DNA of 64,000 nucleotides. Origin: Eledone cirrhosa. Taxonomy: Eukaryota. Below the pieces are notes generated by a model. It did not search any database. It saw only the letters and a list, made by a program, of their open reading frames with translations, and was not told the DNA's origin. The DNA lies in the NCBI GenBank assembly GCA_964016885.1, contig OZ024745.1, positions 5,208,001-5,272,000 of the forward strand, read 5' to 3'. The position numbers and the translations under genes were made by a program. Position 1 is the first letter of the stretch, and each line of letters opens with the position of its first letter. Shown here in pieces: positions 14,301 to 27,566 of the stretch.

Positions 14301-16860
14301 GTAGAGATAGTAGTATACTAGGTAGAGATGGTAGTATACTAGGTAGAGATGGTAGTATACTAGGTAGAGATGGTAGTATACTAGGTAGAGATAGTAGTAT
14401 ACTAGCTAGAGATAGTAGTATACTAGGTAGAGATAGTAGTATAATAGGTAGAGATGGTAGTATACTAGGTAGAGATAGTAGTATACTAGGTAGAGATGGT
14501 AGTATACTAGGTAGAGATGGTAGTATACTAGGTAGAGATAGTATACTAGGTAGAGATGGTAGTATACTAGGTAGATATAGTAGTATACTAGTTAGAGATA
14601 GTACTATACTAGGTAGAGATAGTACTATACTAGGTAGAGATAGTACTATACTAGGTAGAGATAGTAGTATACTAGGTAGATATAGTAGTATACTTGGTAG
14701 AGATGGTAGTATACTAGGTAGAGATAGTAGTATACTAGGTAGGGATAGTAGTATACTAGGTAGAGATAGCAGTATACTAGGTAGATATAGTAGTATACTA
14801 GGTAGAGATAGTAGTGTACTAGGGAGAGATAGTAGTATACTCGGTAGAGATAGAAGTATACTAGGTAGAGATAGTAGTATACTAGGTAGAGATGGTAGTA
14901 TACTAGGTAGAGATGGTAGTATACTAGGTAGAGATAGTACTATACTAGGTAGAGATAGTAGTATACTAGGTAGAGATCGTAGTATACTAGGTAGAGATAG
15001 TAGTATACTAGGTAGAGTTAGTAGTATACTAGGTAGAGATGGTAGTATACTAGGTAGATATAGTAGTATACTAGGTAGAGATAGCACTATACTAGGTAGA
15101 GATAGTAGTATACTAGGTAGATATAGTAGTATACTTGGTAGAAATGGTAGTATACTAGGTAGAGATGGTAGTATACTAGGTAGAGATGGTAGTATACTAG
15201 GTAGAGATAGTATACTAGGTAGAGATAGTAGTATACTAGGTAGAGATAGTAGTGTACTAGGTAGAGATAGTACTATACTAGGTAGAGATGGTAGTATACT
15301 AGGTAGATATAGTAGTATACTAGGTAGAGATAGTAGTATACTAGGTAGAGTTAGTAGTATACTAGGTAGAGATGGTAGTATACTAGGTAGAGATAGTACT
15401 ATACTAGGTAGAGATGGTAGTATACTAGGTAGAGATGGTAGTATACTAGGTAGAGATAGTAGTATACTAGGTAGAGATAGTAGTGTACTAGGTAGAGATA
15501 GTACTATACTAGGTAGAGATAGTAGTACACTAGGTAGTGATAGTAGTATACTAGGTAGATATAGTAGTATACTAGGTAGAGATGGTAGTATACTAGGTAG
15601 ATATAGTAGTATACTAGGTAGAGATAGTAGTATACTAGGTAGAGATGGCAGTATACTAGGTAGAGATAGTAGTATACTAGGTAGAGATGGTAGTATACTA
15701 GGTAGAGATAGTAGTATACTAGGTAGAGATAGTAGTATACTAGGTAGAGATAGTACTATACTAGGTAGAGATGGTAGTATACTAGGTAGAGATAGTATAC
15801 TAGGTAGAGTTAGTAGTATACTAGGTAGAGATGGTAGTATACTAGGTAGAGATAGTAGTATACTAGGTAGAGATGGTAGTATACTAGGTAGAGATGGTAG
15901 TATACTATGTAGAGATGGTAGTATACTAGGTAGAGATAGTAGTATACCAAGTAGAGATAGTAGTATACTAGGTAGAGATAGTAGTATACTAGGTAGAGAT
16001 AGTAGTATACTAGGTAGAGATAGTAGTATACTAGCAAGAGATAGTAGTATACTAGTTAGAGATAGTACTATACTAGGTAGAGATGGTAGCATACTAGGTA
16101 TAGTTAGTAGTATACTAGGTAGAGATGGTAGTATATTAGGTAGAGATAGTACTATACTAGGTAGAGATAGTAGTATACCAAGTAGAGATAGTAGTATACT
16201 AGGTAGAGATGGTAGTATACTAGGTAGAAATAGTAGTATACTAGGTAGAGATTGTAGTATACTAGGTAGAGATGGTAGTATACTAGGTAGAGATAGTAGT
16301 AAACTAGGTAGTGATGGTAGTATACTAGGTAGAGTTAGTAGTATACTAGATAGAGATTGTAGTATACTAGGTAGAGATGTTAGTATACTAGGTAGAGATG
16401 GTAGTATACTATGTAGAGATGGTAGTATACTAGGTAGATATAGTAGTATACTAGGTAGAGATAGTAGTATACTAGGTAGAGATAGTAGTATACTAGGTAG
16501 AGATGGTAGTATACTAGGTAGAGATAGTAGTATACTAGCAAGAGATAGTAGTATACTAGTTAGAGATAGTACTATACTAGGTAGAGATGGTAGCATACTA
16601 GGTATAGTTAGTAGTATACTAGGTAGAGATGGTAGTATATTAGGTAGAGATAGTACTATACTAGGTAGAGATAGTAGTATACCAAGTAGAGATAGTAGTA
16701 TACTAGGTAGAGATGGTAGTATACTAGGTAGAAATAGTAGTATACTAGGTAGAGATTGTAGTATACTAGGTAGAGATGGTAGTATACTAGGTAGAGATAG
16801 TAGTAAACTAGGTAGTGATGGTAGTATACTAGGTAGAGTTAGTAGTATACTAGATAGAGC
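11375..16860. repeat. Nested higher-order repeats: 504/525-bp (24/25-monomer) subunits inside 1950-bp and 3204-bp offset duplications
   Basis: ctagcaagag at 11381, 11906, 12827, 13331, 13856, 16031 and 16535. About 11375-12743 matches 13325-14693. About 12741-13655 matches 15945-16859. Identical 75-aa pseudo-ORFs at 11685 and 13635. Confidence 0.88.
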
Positions 16861-17050
16861 TTGTAGTATACTAGGTAGAGATGGTAGTATACTAGGTAGA
16901 GGTAATAGTGTACTAGGGAGAGATAGTACTATACTAGGTAGAGATAGTAGTGTACTAGGTAGAGATAGTAGTATACTAGGTAGAGATGGTAGTATACTAG
17001 GTAGAGATAGTAGTATACTAGCTAGAGATAGTAGTATACTAGGTAGAGAT

Positions 17051-20000
17051 AGTAGTATAATAGGTAGAGATGGTAGTATACTAGGTAGAGATAGTAGTAT
17101 ACTAGGTAGAGATGGTAGTATACTAGGTAGAGATGGTAGTATACTAGGTAGAGATAGTATACTAGGTAGAGATGGTAGTATACTAGGTAGATATAGTAGT
17201 ATACTAGTTAGAGATAGTACTATACTAGGTAGAGATAGTACTATACTAGGTATAGATAGTACTATACTAGGTAGAGATAGTAGTATACTAGGTAGATATA
17301 GTAGTATACTTGGTAGAGATGGTAGTATACTAGGTAGAGATAGTAGTATACTAGGTAGAGATGGTAGTATACTAGGTAGAGATGGTAGTATACTAGGTAG
17401 AGATGGTAGTATACTAGGTAGAGATCGTATACTAGGTAGAGATAGTAGTATACTAGGTAGATATAGTAGTGTACTAGGTAGAGATAGTACTATACTAGGT
17501 AGAGATAGTAGTATACTAGGTAGAGATGGTAGTATACTAGGTAGAGATGGTAGTATACAAGGTAAAGATAGTAGTATACTAGGTAGAGATAGTAGTATAT
17601 TAGGTAGAGATAGTAGTATACTAGGCAGAGATAGTAGTATACTAGGTAGAGATAGTAGTATACTAGGTAGTGATACTATTATACTAGGTAGAGATAGTAG
17701 TATACTAGGTAGAGATGGTAGTATACTAGGTAGAGATGGTAGTATACTAGGTAGAGATAGTATACTAGGTAGAGATAGTAGTATATTAGGTAGAGAAAGT
17801 AGTATACTAGGTAGAGATAGTAGTATACTAGGTAGAGATAGTAGTATACTAGTTAGTGATAGTAGTATACTAGGTAGAGATAGTAGTATACTATGTAGAA
17901 ATAGTTGTATACGAGGTAACGATAGTAGTACACTAGGTAGTGATAGTAGTATACTAGGTAGGGATAGTAGTGTACTAGTTAGAGATAGTAGTATACTAGG
18001 TAGATAGTAGTATACTAGGTAGATATAGTAGTATACTTGGTAGAGATGGTATTATACTAGGTAGAGATACTAGTATACTAGGTAGAGATGGTAGTATACT
18101 AGGTAGAGATGGTAGTATACTATGTAGAGATGGTAGTATACTAGGTAGAGATAGTATACTAGGTAGAGATAGTAGTATACTAGGTAGGGATAGTAGTGTA
18201 CTAGGTAGATATAGTACTATACTAGGTAGAGATGGTAGTATACTAGGTAGAGATAGTAGTATACTAGGTAGATAGTAGTATACTAGGTAGAGATAGTAGT
18301 ATACTAGGTAGAGATAGTAGTATACTAGGTAGAGATGGTAGTATACTAGGTAGAGATAGTAGTATACTAGCAAGAGATAGTAGTATACTAGGTAGAGATA
18401 GTACTATACTAGGTAGAGATGGTAGCATACTAGGTATAGTTAGTAGTATACTAGGTAGAGATGGTAGTATATTAGGTAGAGATAGTACTATACTAGGTAG
18501 AGATAGTAGTATACCAAGTAGAGATAGTAGTATACTAGGTAGAGATGGTAGTATACTAGGTAGAAATAGTAGTATACTAGGTAGAGATTGTAGTATACTA
18601 GGTAGAGATGGTAGTATACTAGGTAGAGATAATAGTGTACTAGGGAGAGATAGTACTATACTAGGTAGAGATAGTAGTGTACTAGGTAGAGATAGTAGTA
18701 TACTAGGTAGAGATAGTAGTAAACTAGGTAGTGATGGTAGTATACTAGGTACAGATAGTACTAAACTAGGTAGAGATGGTAGTATACTAGGTAGAGTTAG
18801 TAGTATACTAGATAGAGATTGTAGTATACTAGGTAGATATGGTAGTATACTAGGTAGAGGTAATAGTGTACTAGGGAGAGATAGTACTATACTAGGTAGA
18901 GATAGTAGTGTACTAGGTAGAGATAGTAGTATACTAGGTACAGATGGTAGTATACTAGGTACAGATGGTAGTATACTAGGTAGAGATGGTAGTATACTAG
19001 GTAGAGATAGTAGTATACTAGGTAGAGATAGTAGTATACTAGGTAGAGATAGTAGTATAATAGGTAGAGATGGTAGTATACTAGGTAGAGATAGTAGTAT
19101 ACTAGGTAGAGATGGTAGTATACTAGGTAGAGATGGTAGTATACTAGGTAGAGATAGTAGTATACTAGTTAGAGATAGTACTATACTAGGTAGAGATAGT
19201 ACTATACTAGGTAGAGATAGTACTATACTAGGTAGAGATAGTAGTATACTAGGTAGATATAGTAGTATACTTGGTAGAGATGGTAGTATACTAGGTAGAG
19301 ATAGTAGTATACTAGGTAGAGATGGTAATATACTAGGTAGAGATGGTAGTATACTAGGTAGAGATGGTAGTATACTAGGTAGAGATAGTATACTAGGTAG
19401 AGATAGTAGTATACTAGGTAGATATAGTAGTGTACTAGGTAGAGATAGTACTATACTAGGTAGAGATAGTAGTATACTAGGTAGAGATGGTAGTATACTA
19501 GGTAGAGATGGTAGTATACTAGGTAAAGATAGTAGTATACTAGGTAGAGATAGTAGTATATTAGGTAGAGATAGTAGTATACTAGGCAGAGATAGTAGTA
19601 TACTACGTAGAGATAGTAGTGTACTAGGTAGTGATAGTAGTATACTAGGTAGAGATAGTAGTATACTAGGTAGAGATAGTTGTATACGAGGTAACGATAT
19701 TAGTGTACTAGGTAGAGATAGTAGTATACTAGGTAGATAGTAGTATACTAGGTAGATATAGTAGTATACTTGGTAGAGATGGTAGTATACTAGGTAGAGA
19801 TAGTAGTATACTAGGTAGAGATGGTAGTATACTAGGTAGAGATGGTAGTATACTATGTAGAGATGGTAGTATATTAGGTAGAGATAGTATACTAGGTAGA
19901 TATAGTAGTATACTAGGTAGGGATAGTAGTGTACTAGGTAGAGATAGTACTATACTAGGTAGAGATGGTAGTATACTAGGTAGAGATAGTAGTATACTAG

Positions 20001-23000
20001 GAAGATAGTAGTATACTAGGTAGAGATAGTAGTATACTAGCTAGAGATAGTAGTATACTAGGTAGAGATGGTAGTATACTAGGTAGAGATAGTAGTATAC
20101 TAGCAAGAGATAGTAGTATACTAGGTAGAGATAGTACTATACTAGGTAGAGATGGTAGCATACTAGGTATAGTTAGTAGTATACTAGGTAGAGATAATTG
20201 TGTACTAGGGAGAGATAGTACTATACTAGGTAGAGATAGTAGTGTACTAGGTAGAGATAGTAGTATACTAGGTAGAGATAGTAGTAAACTAGGTAGTGAT
20301 GGTAGTATACTAGGTAGAGATAGTACTAACCTAGGTAGAGATGGTAGTATACTAGGTAGAGTCAGTAGTATACTAGATAGAGATTGTAGTATACTAGGTA
20401 GAGATGGTAGTATACTAGGTAGAGGTAATAGTGTACAAGGGATAGATAGTACTATACTAGGTAGAGATAGTAGTGTACTAGGTAGAGATAGTAGTATACT
20501 AGGTAGAGATAGTAGTATACTAGGTAGAGATGGTAGTATACTAGGTAGAGATGGTAGTATACTAGGTAGAGATGGTAGTATACTAGGTAGAGATGGTAGT
20601 ATACTAGGTAGAGATAGTAGTATACTAGGTAGAGATAGTAGTATACTAGGTAGAGATGGTAGTATACTAGGTAGAGATGGTAGTATACTAGGTAGAGATA
20701 GTAGTATACTAGGTAGAGATATTAGTGTACTAGGTAGAGATAGTACTATACTAGGTAGAGATGGTAGTATACTAGGTAGAGTTAGTAGTATACTAGGTAG
20801 AGATGGTAGTATACTAGGTAGAGATAGTACTATACTAGGTAGAGATAGTAGTATACCAAGTAGAGATAGTAGTATACTAGGTAGAGATGGTAGTATACTA
20901 GGTAGAGATAGTAGTATACTAGGTAGTGATAGTAGCATACTAGGTAGAGATGGTAGTATACTTGGTAGAGAGAGTAGTATACTAGGTAGAGTTAGTAGTA
21001 AACTAGGTAGAGATGGTAGTATACTAGGTAGATATAGTAGTATACTAGTTAGAGATAGTACTATACTAGGTAGAGATAGTACTATGCTAGGTAGAGATAG
21101 TACTATACTAGGTAGAGATAGTAGTATACTAGGTAGATATAGTAGTATAATAGGTAGAGATGGTAGTATACTAGGTAGAGATAGTAGTATACTAGGTAGA
21201 GATGGTAGTATACTAGGTAGAGATGGTAGTATACTAGGTAGAGATAGTATACTAGGTAGAGATGGTAGTATACTAGGTAGATATAGTAGTATACTAGTTA
21301 GAGATAGTACTATACTAGGTAGAGATAGTACTATACTAGGTATAGATAGTACTATACTAGGTAGAGATAGTAGTATACTAGGTAGATATAGTAGTATACT
21401 TGGTAGAGATGGTAGTATACTAGGTAGAGATAGTAGTATACTAGGTAGAGATGGTAGTATACTAGGTAGAGATGGTAGTATACTAGGTAGAGATGGTAGT
21501 ATACTAGGTAGAGATCGTATACTAGGTAGAGATAGTAGTATACTAGGTAGATATAGTAGTGTACTAGGTAGAGATAGTACTATACTAGGTAGAGATAGTA
21601 GTATACTAGGTAGAGATGGTAGTATACTAGGTAGAGATGGTAGTATACAAGGTAAAGATAGTAGTATACTAGGTAGAGATAGTAGTATATTAGGTAGAGA
21701 TAGTAGTATACTAGGCAGAGATAGTAGTATACTAGGTAGAGATAGTAGTATACTAGGTAGTGATAGTATTATACTAGGTAGAGATAGTAGTATACTAGGT
21801 AGAGATGGTAGTATACTAGGTAGAGATGGTAGTATACTAGGTAGAGATAGTATACTAGGTAGAGATAGTAGTATATTAGGTAGAGAAAGTAGTATACTAG
21901 GTAGAGATAGTAGTATACTAGGTAGAGATAGTAGTATACTAGTTAGTGATAGTAGTATACTAGGTAGAGATAGTAGTATACTATGTAGAAATAGTTGTAT
22001 ACGAGGTAACGATAGTAGTACACTAGGTAGTGATAGTAGTATACTAGGTAGGGATAGTAGTGTACTAGTTAGAGATAGTAGTATACTAGGTAGATAGTAG
22101 TATACTAGGTAGATATAGTAGTATACTTGGTAGAGATGGTATTATACTAGGTAGAGATACTAGTATACTAGGTAGAGATGGTAGTATACTAGGTAGAGAT
22201 GGTAGTATACTATGTAGAGATGGTAGTATACTAGGTAGAGATAGTATACTAGGTAGAGATAGTAGTATACTAGGTAGGGATAGTAGTGTACTAGGTAGAG
22301 ATAGTACTATACTAGGTAGAGATGGTAGTATACTAGGTAGAGATAGTAGTATACTAGGAAGATAGTAGTATACTAGGTAGAGATAGTAGTATGCTAGCTA
22401 GAGATAGTAGTATACTAGGTAGAGATGGTAGTATACTAGGTAGAGATAGTAGTATACTAGCAAGAGATAGTAGTATACTAGGTAGAGATAGTACTATACT
22501 AGGTAGAGATGGTAGCATACTAGGTATAGTTAGTAGTATACTAGGTAGAGATAATTGTGTACTAGGGAGAGATAGTACTATACTAGGTAGAGATAGTAGT
22601 GTACTAGGTAGAGATAGTAGTATACTAGGTAGAGATAGTAGTAAACTAGGTAGTGATGGTAGTATACTAGGTAGAGATAGTACTAACCTAGGTAGAGATG
22701 GTAGTATACTAGGTAGAGTCAGTAGTATACTAGATAGAGATTGTAGTATACTAGGTAGAGATGGTAGTATACTAGGTAGAGGTAATAGTGTACAAGGGAT
22801 AGATAGTACTATACTAGGTAGAGATAGTAGTGTACTAGGTAGAGATAGTAGTATACTAGGTAGAGATAGTAGTATACTAGGTAGAGATGGTAGTATACTA
22901 GGTAGAGATGGTAGTATACTAGGTAGAGATGGTAGTATACTAGGTAGAGATAGTAGTATACTAGGTAGAGATAGTAGTATACTAGGTAGAGATAGTAGTA

Positions 23001-26000
23001 TACTAGGTAGAGATGGTAGTATACTAGGTAGAGATGGTAGTATACTAGGTAGAGATAGTAGTATACTAGGTAGAGATATTAGTGTACTAGGTAGAGATAG
23101 TACTATACTAGGTAGAGATGGTAGTATACTAGGTAGAGTTAGTAGTATACTAGGTAGAGATGGTAGTATACTAGGTAGAGATAGTACTATACTAGGTAGA
23201 GATAGTAGTATACCAAGTAGAGATAGTAGTATACTAGGTAGAGATGGTAGTATACTAGGTAGAGATAGTAGTATACTAGGTAGTGATAGTAGCATACTAG
23301 GTAGAGATGGTAGTATACTTGGTAGAGAGAGTAGTATACTAGGTAGAGTTAGTAGTAAACTAGGTAGAGATGGTAGTATACTAGGTAGATATAGTAGTAT
23401 ACTAGTTAGAGATAGTACTATACTAGGTAGAGATAGTATTATGCTAGGTAGAGATAGTACTATACTAGGTAGAGATAGTAGTATACTAGGTAGATATAGT
23501 AGTATAATAGGTAGAGATGGTAGTATACTAGGTAGAGATAGTAGTATACTAGGTAGAGATGGTAGTATACTAGGTAGAGATGGTAGTATACTAGGTAGAG
23601 ATAGTATACTAGGTAGAGATGGTAGTATACTAGGTAGATATAGTAGTATACTAGTTAGAGATAGTACTATACTAGGTAGAGATAGTACTATACTAGGTAT
23701 AGATAGTACTATACTAGGTAGAGATAGTAGTATACTAGGTAGATATAGTAGTATACTTGGTAGAGATGGTAGTATACTAGGTAGAGATAGTAGTATACTA
23801 GGTAGAGATGGTAGTATACTAGGTAGAGATGGTAGTATACTAGGTAGAGATGGTAGTATACTAGGTAGAGATCGTATACTAGGTAGAGATAGTAGTATAC
23901 TAGGTAGATATAGTAGTGTACTAGGTAGAGATAGTACTATACTAGGTAGAGATAGTAGTATACTAGGTAGAGATGGTAGTATACTAGGTAGAGATGGTAG
24001 TATACAAGGTAAAGATAGTAGTATACTAGGTAGAGATAGTAGTATATTAGGTAGAGATAGTAGTATACTAGGCAGAGATAGTAGTATACTAGGTAGAGAT
24101 AGTAGTATACTAGGTAGTGATAGTATTATACTAGGTAGAGATAGTAGTATACTAGGTAGAGATGGTAGTATACTAGGTAGAGATGGTAGTATACTAGGTA
24201 GAGATAGTATACTAGGTAGAGATAGTAGTATATTAGGTAGAGAAAGTAGTATACTAGGTAGAGATAGTAGTATACTAGGTAGAGATAGTAGTATACTAGT
24301 TAGTGATAGTAGTATACTAGGTAGAGATAGTAGTATACTATGTAGAAATAGTTGTATACGAGGTAACGATAGTAGTACACTAGGTAGTGATAGTAGTATA
24401 CTAGGTAGGGATAGTAGTGTACTAGTTAGAGATAGTAGTATACTAGGTAGATAGTAGTATACTAGGTAGATATAGTAGTATACTTGGTAGAGATGGTATT
24501 ATACTAGGTAGAGATACTAGTAGACTAGGTAGAGATGGTAGTATACTAGGTAGAGATGGTAGTATACTATGTAGAGATGGTAGTATACTAGGTAGAGATA
24601 GTATACTAGGTAGAGATAGTAGTATACTAGGTAGGGATAGTAGTGTACTAGGTAGAGATAGTACTATACTAGGTAGAGATGGTAGTATACTAGGTAGAGA
24701 TAGTAGTATACTAGGTAGATAGTAGTATACTAGGTAGAGATAGTAGTATACTAGGTAGAGATAGTAGTATACTAGGTAGAGATGGTAGTATACTAGGTAG
24801 AGATAGTAGTATACTAGCAAGAGATAGTAGTATACTAGGTAGAGATAGTACTATACTAGGTAGAGATGGTAGCATACTAGGTATAGTTAGTAGTATACTA
24901 GGTAGAGATGGTAGTATATTAGGTAGAGATAGTACTATACTAGGTAGAGATAGTAGTATACCAAGTAGAGATAGTAGTATACTAGGTAGAGATGGTAGTA
25001 TACTAGGTAGAAATAGTAGTATACTAGGTAGAGATTGTAGTATACTAGGTAGAGATGGTAGTATACTAGGTAGAGATAATAGTGTACTAGGGAGAGATAG
25101 TACTATACTAGGTAGAGATAGTAGTGTACTAGGTAGAGATAGTAGTATACTAGGTAGAGATAGTAGTAAACTAGGTAGTGATGGTAGTATACTAGGTACA
25201 GATAGTACTAAACTAGGTAGAGATGGTAGTATACTAGGTAGAGTTAGTAGTATACTAGATAGAGATTGTAGTATACTAGGTAGATATGGTAGTATACTAG
25301 GTAGAGGTAATAGTGTACTAGGGAGAGATAGTACTATACTAGGTAGAGATAGTAGTGTACTAGGTAGAGATAGTAGTATACTAGGTACAGATGGTAGTAT
25401 ACTAGGTACAGATGGTAGTATACTAGGTAGAGATGGTAGTATACTAGGTAGAGATAGTAGTATACTAGGTAGAGATAGTAGTATACTAGGTAGAGATAGT
25501 AGTATAATAGGTAGAGATGGTAGTATACTAGGTAGAGATAGTAGTATACTAGGTAGAGATGGTAGTATACTAGGTAGAGATGGTAGTATACTAGGTAGAG
25601 ATAGTAGTATACTAGTTAGAGATAGTACTATACTAGGTAGAGATAGTACTATACTAGGTAGAGATAGTACTATACTAGGTAGAGATAGTAGTATACTAGG
25701 TAGATATAGTAGTATACTTGGTAGAGATAGTAGTATACTAGGTAGAGATGGTAATATACTAGGTAGAGATGGTAGTATACTAGGTAGAGATGGTAGTATA
25801 CTAGGTAGAGATAGTATACTAGGTAGAGATAGTAGTATACTAGGTAGATATAGTAGTGTACTAGGTAGAGATAGTACTATACTAGGTAGAGATAGTAGTA
25901 TACTAGGTAGAGATGGTAGTATACTAGGTAGAGATGGTAGTATACTAGGTAAAGATAGTAGTATACTAGGTAGAGATAGTAGTATATTAGGTAGAGATAG

Positions 26001-27566
26001 TAGTATACTAGGCAGAGATAGTAGTATACTACGTAGAGATAGTAGTGTACTAGGTAGTGATAGTAGTATACTAGGTAGAGATAGTAGTATACTAGGTAGA
26101 GATAGTTGTATACGAGGTAACGATATTAGTGTACTAGGTAGAGATAGTAGTATACTAGGTAGATAGTAGTATACTAGGTAGATATAGTAGTATACTTGGT
26201 AGAGATGGTAGTATACTAGGTAGAGATAGTAGTATACTAGGTAGAGATGGTAGTATACTAGGTAGAGATGGTAGTATACTATGTAGAGATGGTAGTATAT
26301 TAGGTAGAGATAGTATACTAGGTAGATATAGTAGTATACTAGGTAGGGATAGTAGTGTACTAGGTAGAGATAGTACTATACTAGGTAGAGATGGTAGTAT
26401 ACTAGGTAGAGATAGTAGTATACTAGGAAGATAGTAGTATACTAGGTAGAGATAGTAGTATACTAGCTAGAGATAGTAGTATACTAGGTAGAGATGGTAG
26501 TATACTAGGTAGAGATAGTAGTATACTAGCAAGAGATAGTAGTATACTAGGTAGAGATAGTACTATACTAGGTAGAGATGGTAGCATACTAGGTATAGTT
26601 AGTAGTATACTAGGTAGAGATAATTGTGTACTAGGGAGAGATAGTACTATACTAGGTAGAGATAGTAGTGTACTAGGTAGAGATAGTAGTATACTAGGTA
26701 GAGATAGTAGTAAACTAGGTAGTGATGGTAGTATACTAGGTAGAGATAGTACTAACCTAGGTAGAGATGGTAGTATACTAGGTAGAGTCAGTAGTATACT
26801 AGATAGAGATTGTAGTATACTAGGTAGAGATGGTAGTATACTAGGTAGAGGTAATAGTGTACAAGGGATAGATAGTACTATACTAGGTAGAGATAGTAGT
26901 GTACTAGGTAGAGATAGTAGTATACTAGGTAGAGATAGTAGTATACTAGGTAGAGATGGTAGTATACTAGGTAGAGATGGTAGTATACTAGGTAGAGATG
27001 GTAGTATACTAGGTAGAGATAGTAGTATACTAGGTAGAGATAGTAGTATACTAGGTAGAGATAGTAGTATACTAGGTAGAGATGGTAGTATACTAGGTAG
27101 AGATGGTAGTATACTAGGTAGAGATAGTAGTATACTAGGTAGAGATATTAGTGTACTAGGTAGAGATAGTACTATACTAGGTAGAGATGGTAGTATACTA
27201 GGTAGAGTTAGTAGTATACTAGGTAGAGATGGTAGTATACTAGGTAGAGATAGTACTATACTAGGTAGAGATAGTAGTATACCAAGTAGAGATAGTAGTA
27301 TACTAGGTAGAGATGGTAGTATACTAGGTAGAGATAGTAGTATACTAGGTAGTGATAGTAGCATACTAGGTAGAGATGGTAGTATACTTGGTAGAGAGAG
27401 TAGTATACTAGGTAGAGTTAGTAGTAAACTAGGTAGAGATGGTAGTATACTAGGTAGATATAGTAGTATACTAGTTAGAGATAGTACTATACTAGGTAGA
27501 GATAGTACTATGCTAGGTAGAGATAGTACTATACTAGGTAGAGATAGTAGTATACTAGGTAGATAT
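17051..27566. repeat. Three tandem copies of a 4.09-kb higher-order repeat (4090 bp, a 2357-bp deleted copy, 4069 bp)
   Basis: gagatcgtat at 17421, 21511 and 23868. Near-identical pseudo-ORFs ending at 19997, 22354 and 26423, and at 17996 and 24443. ggtacagat cluster in copies 1 and 3 only. Confidence 0.92.
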
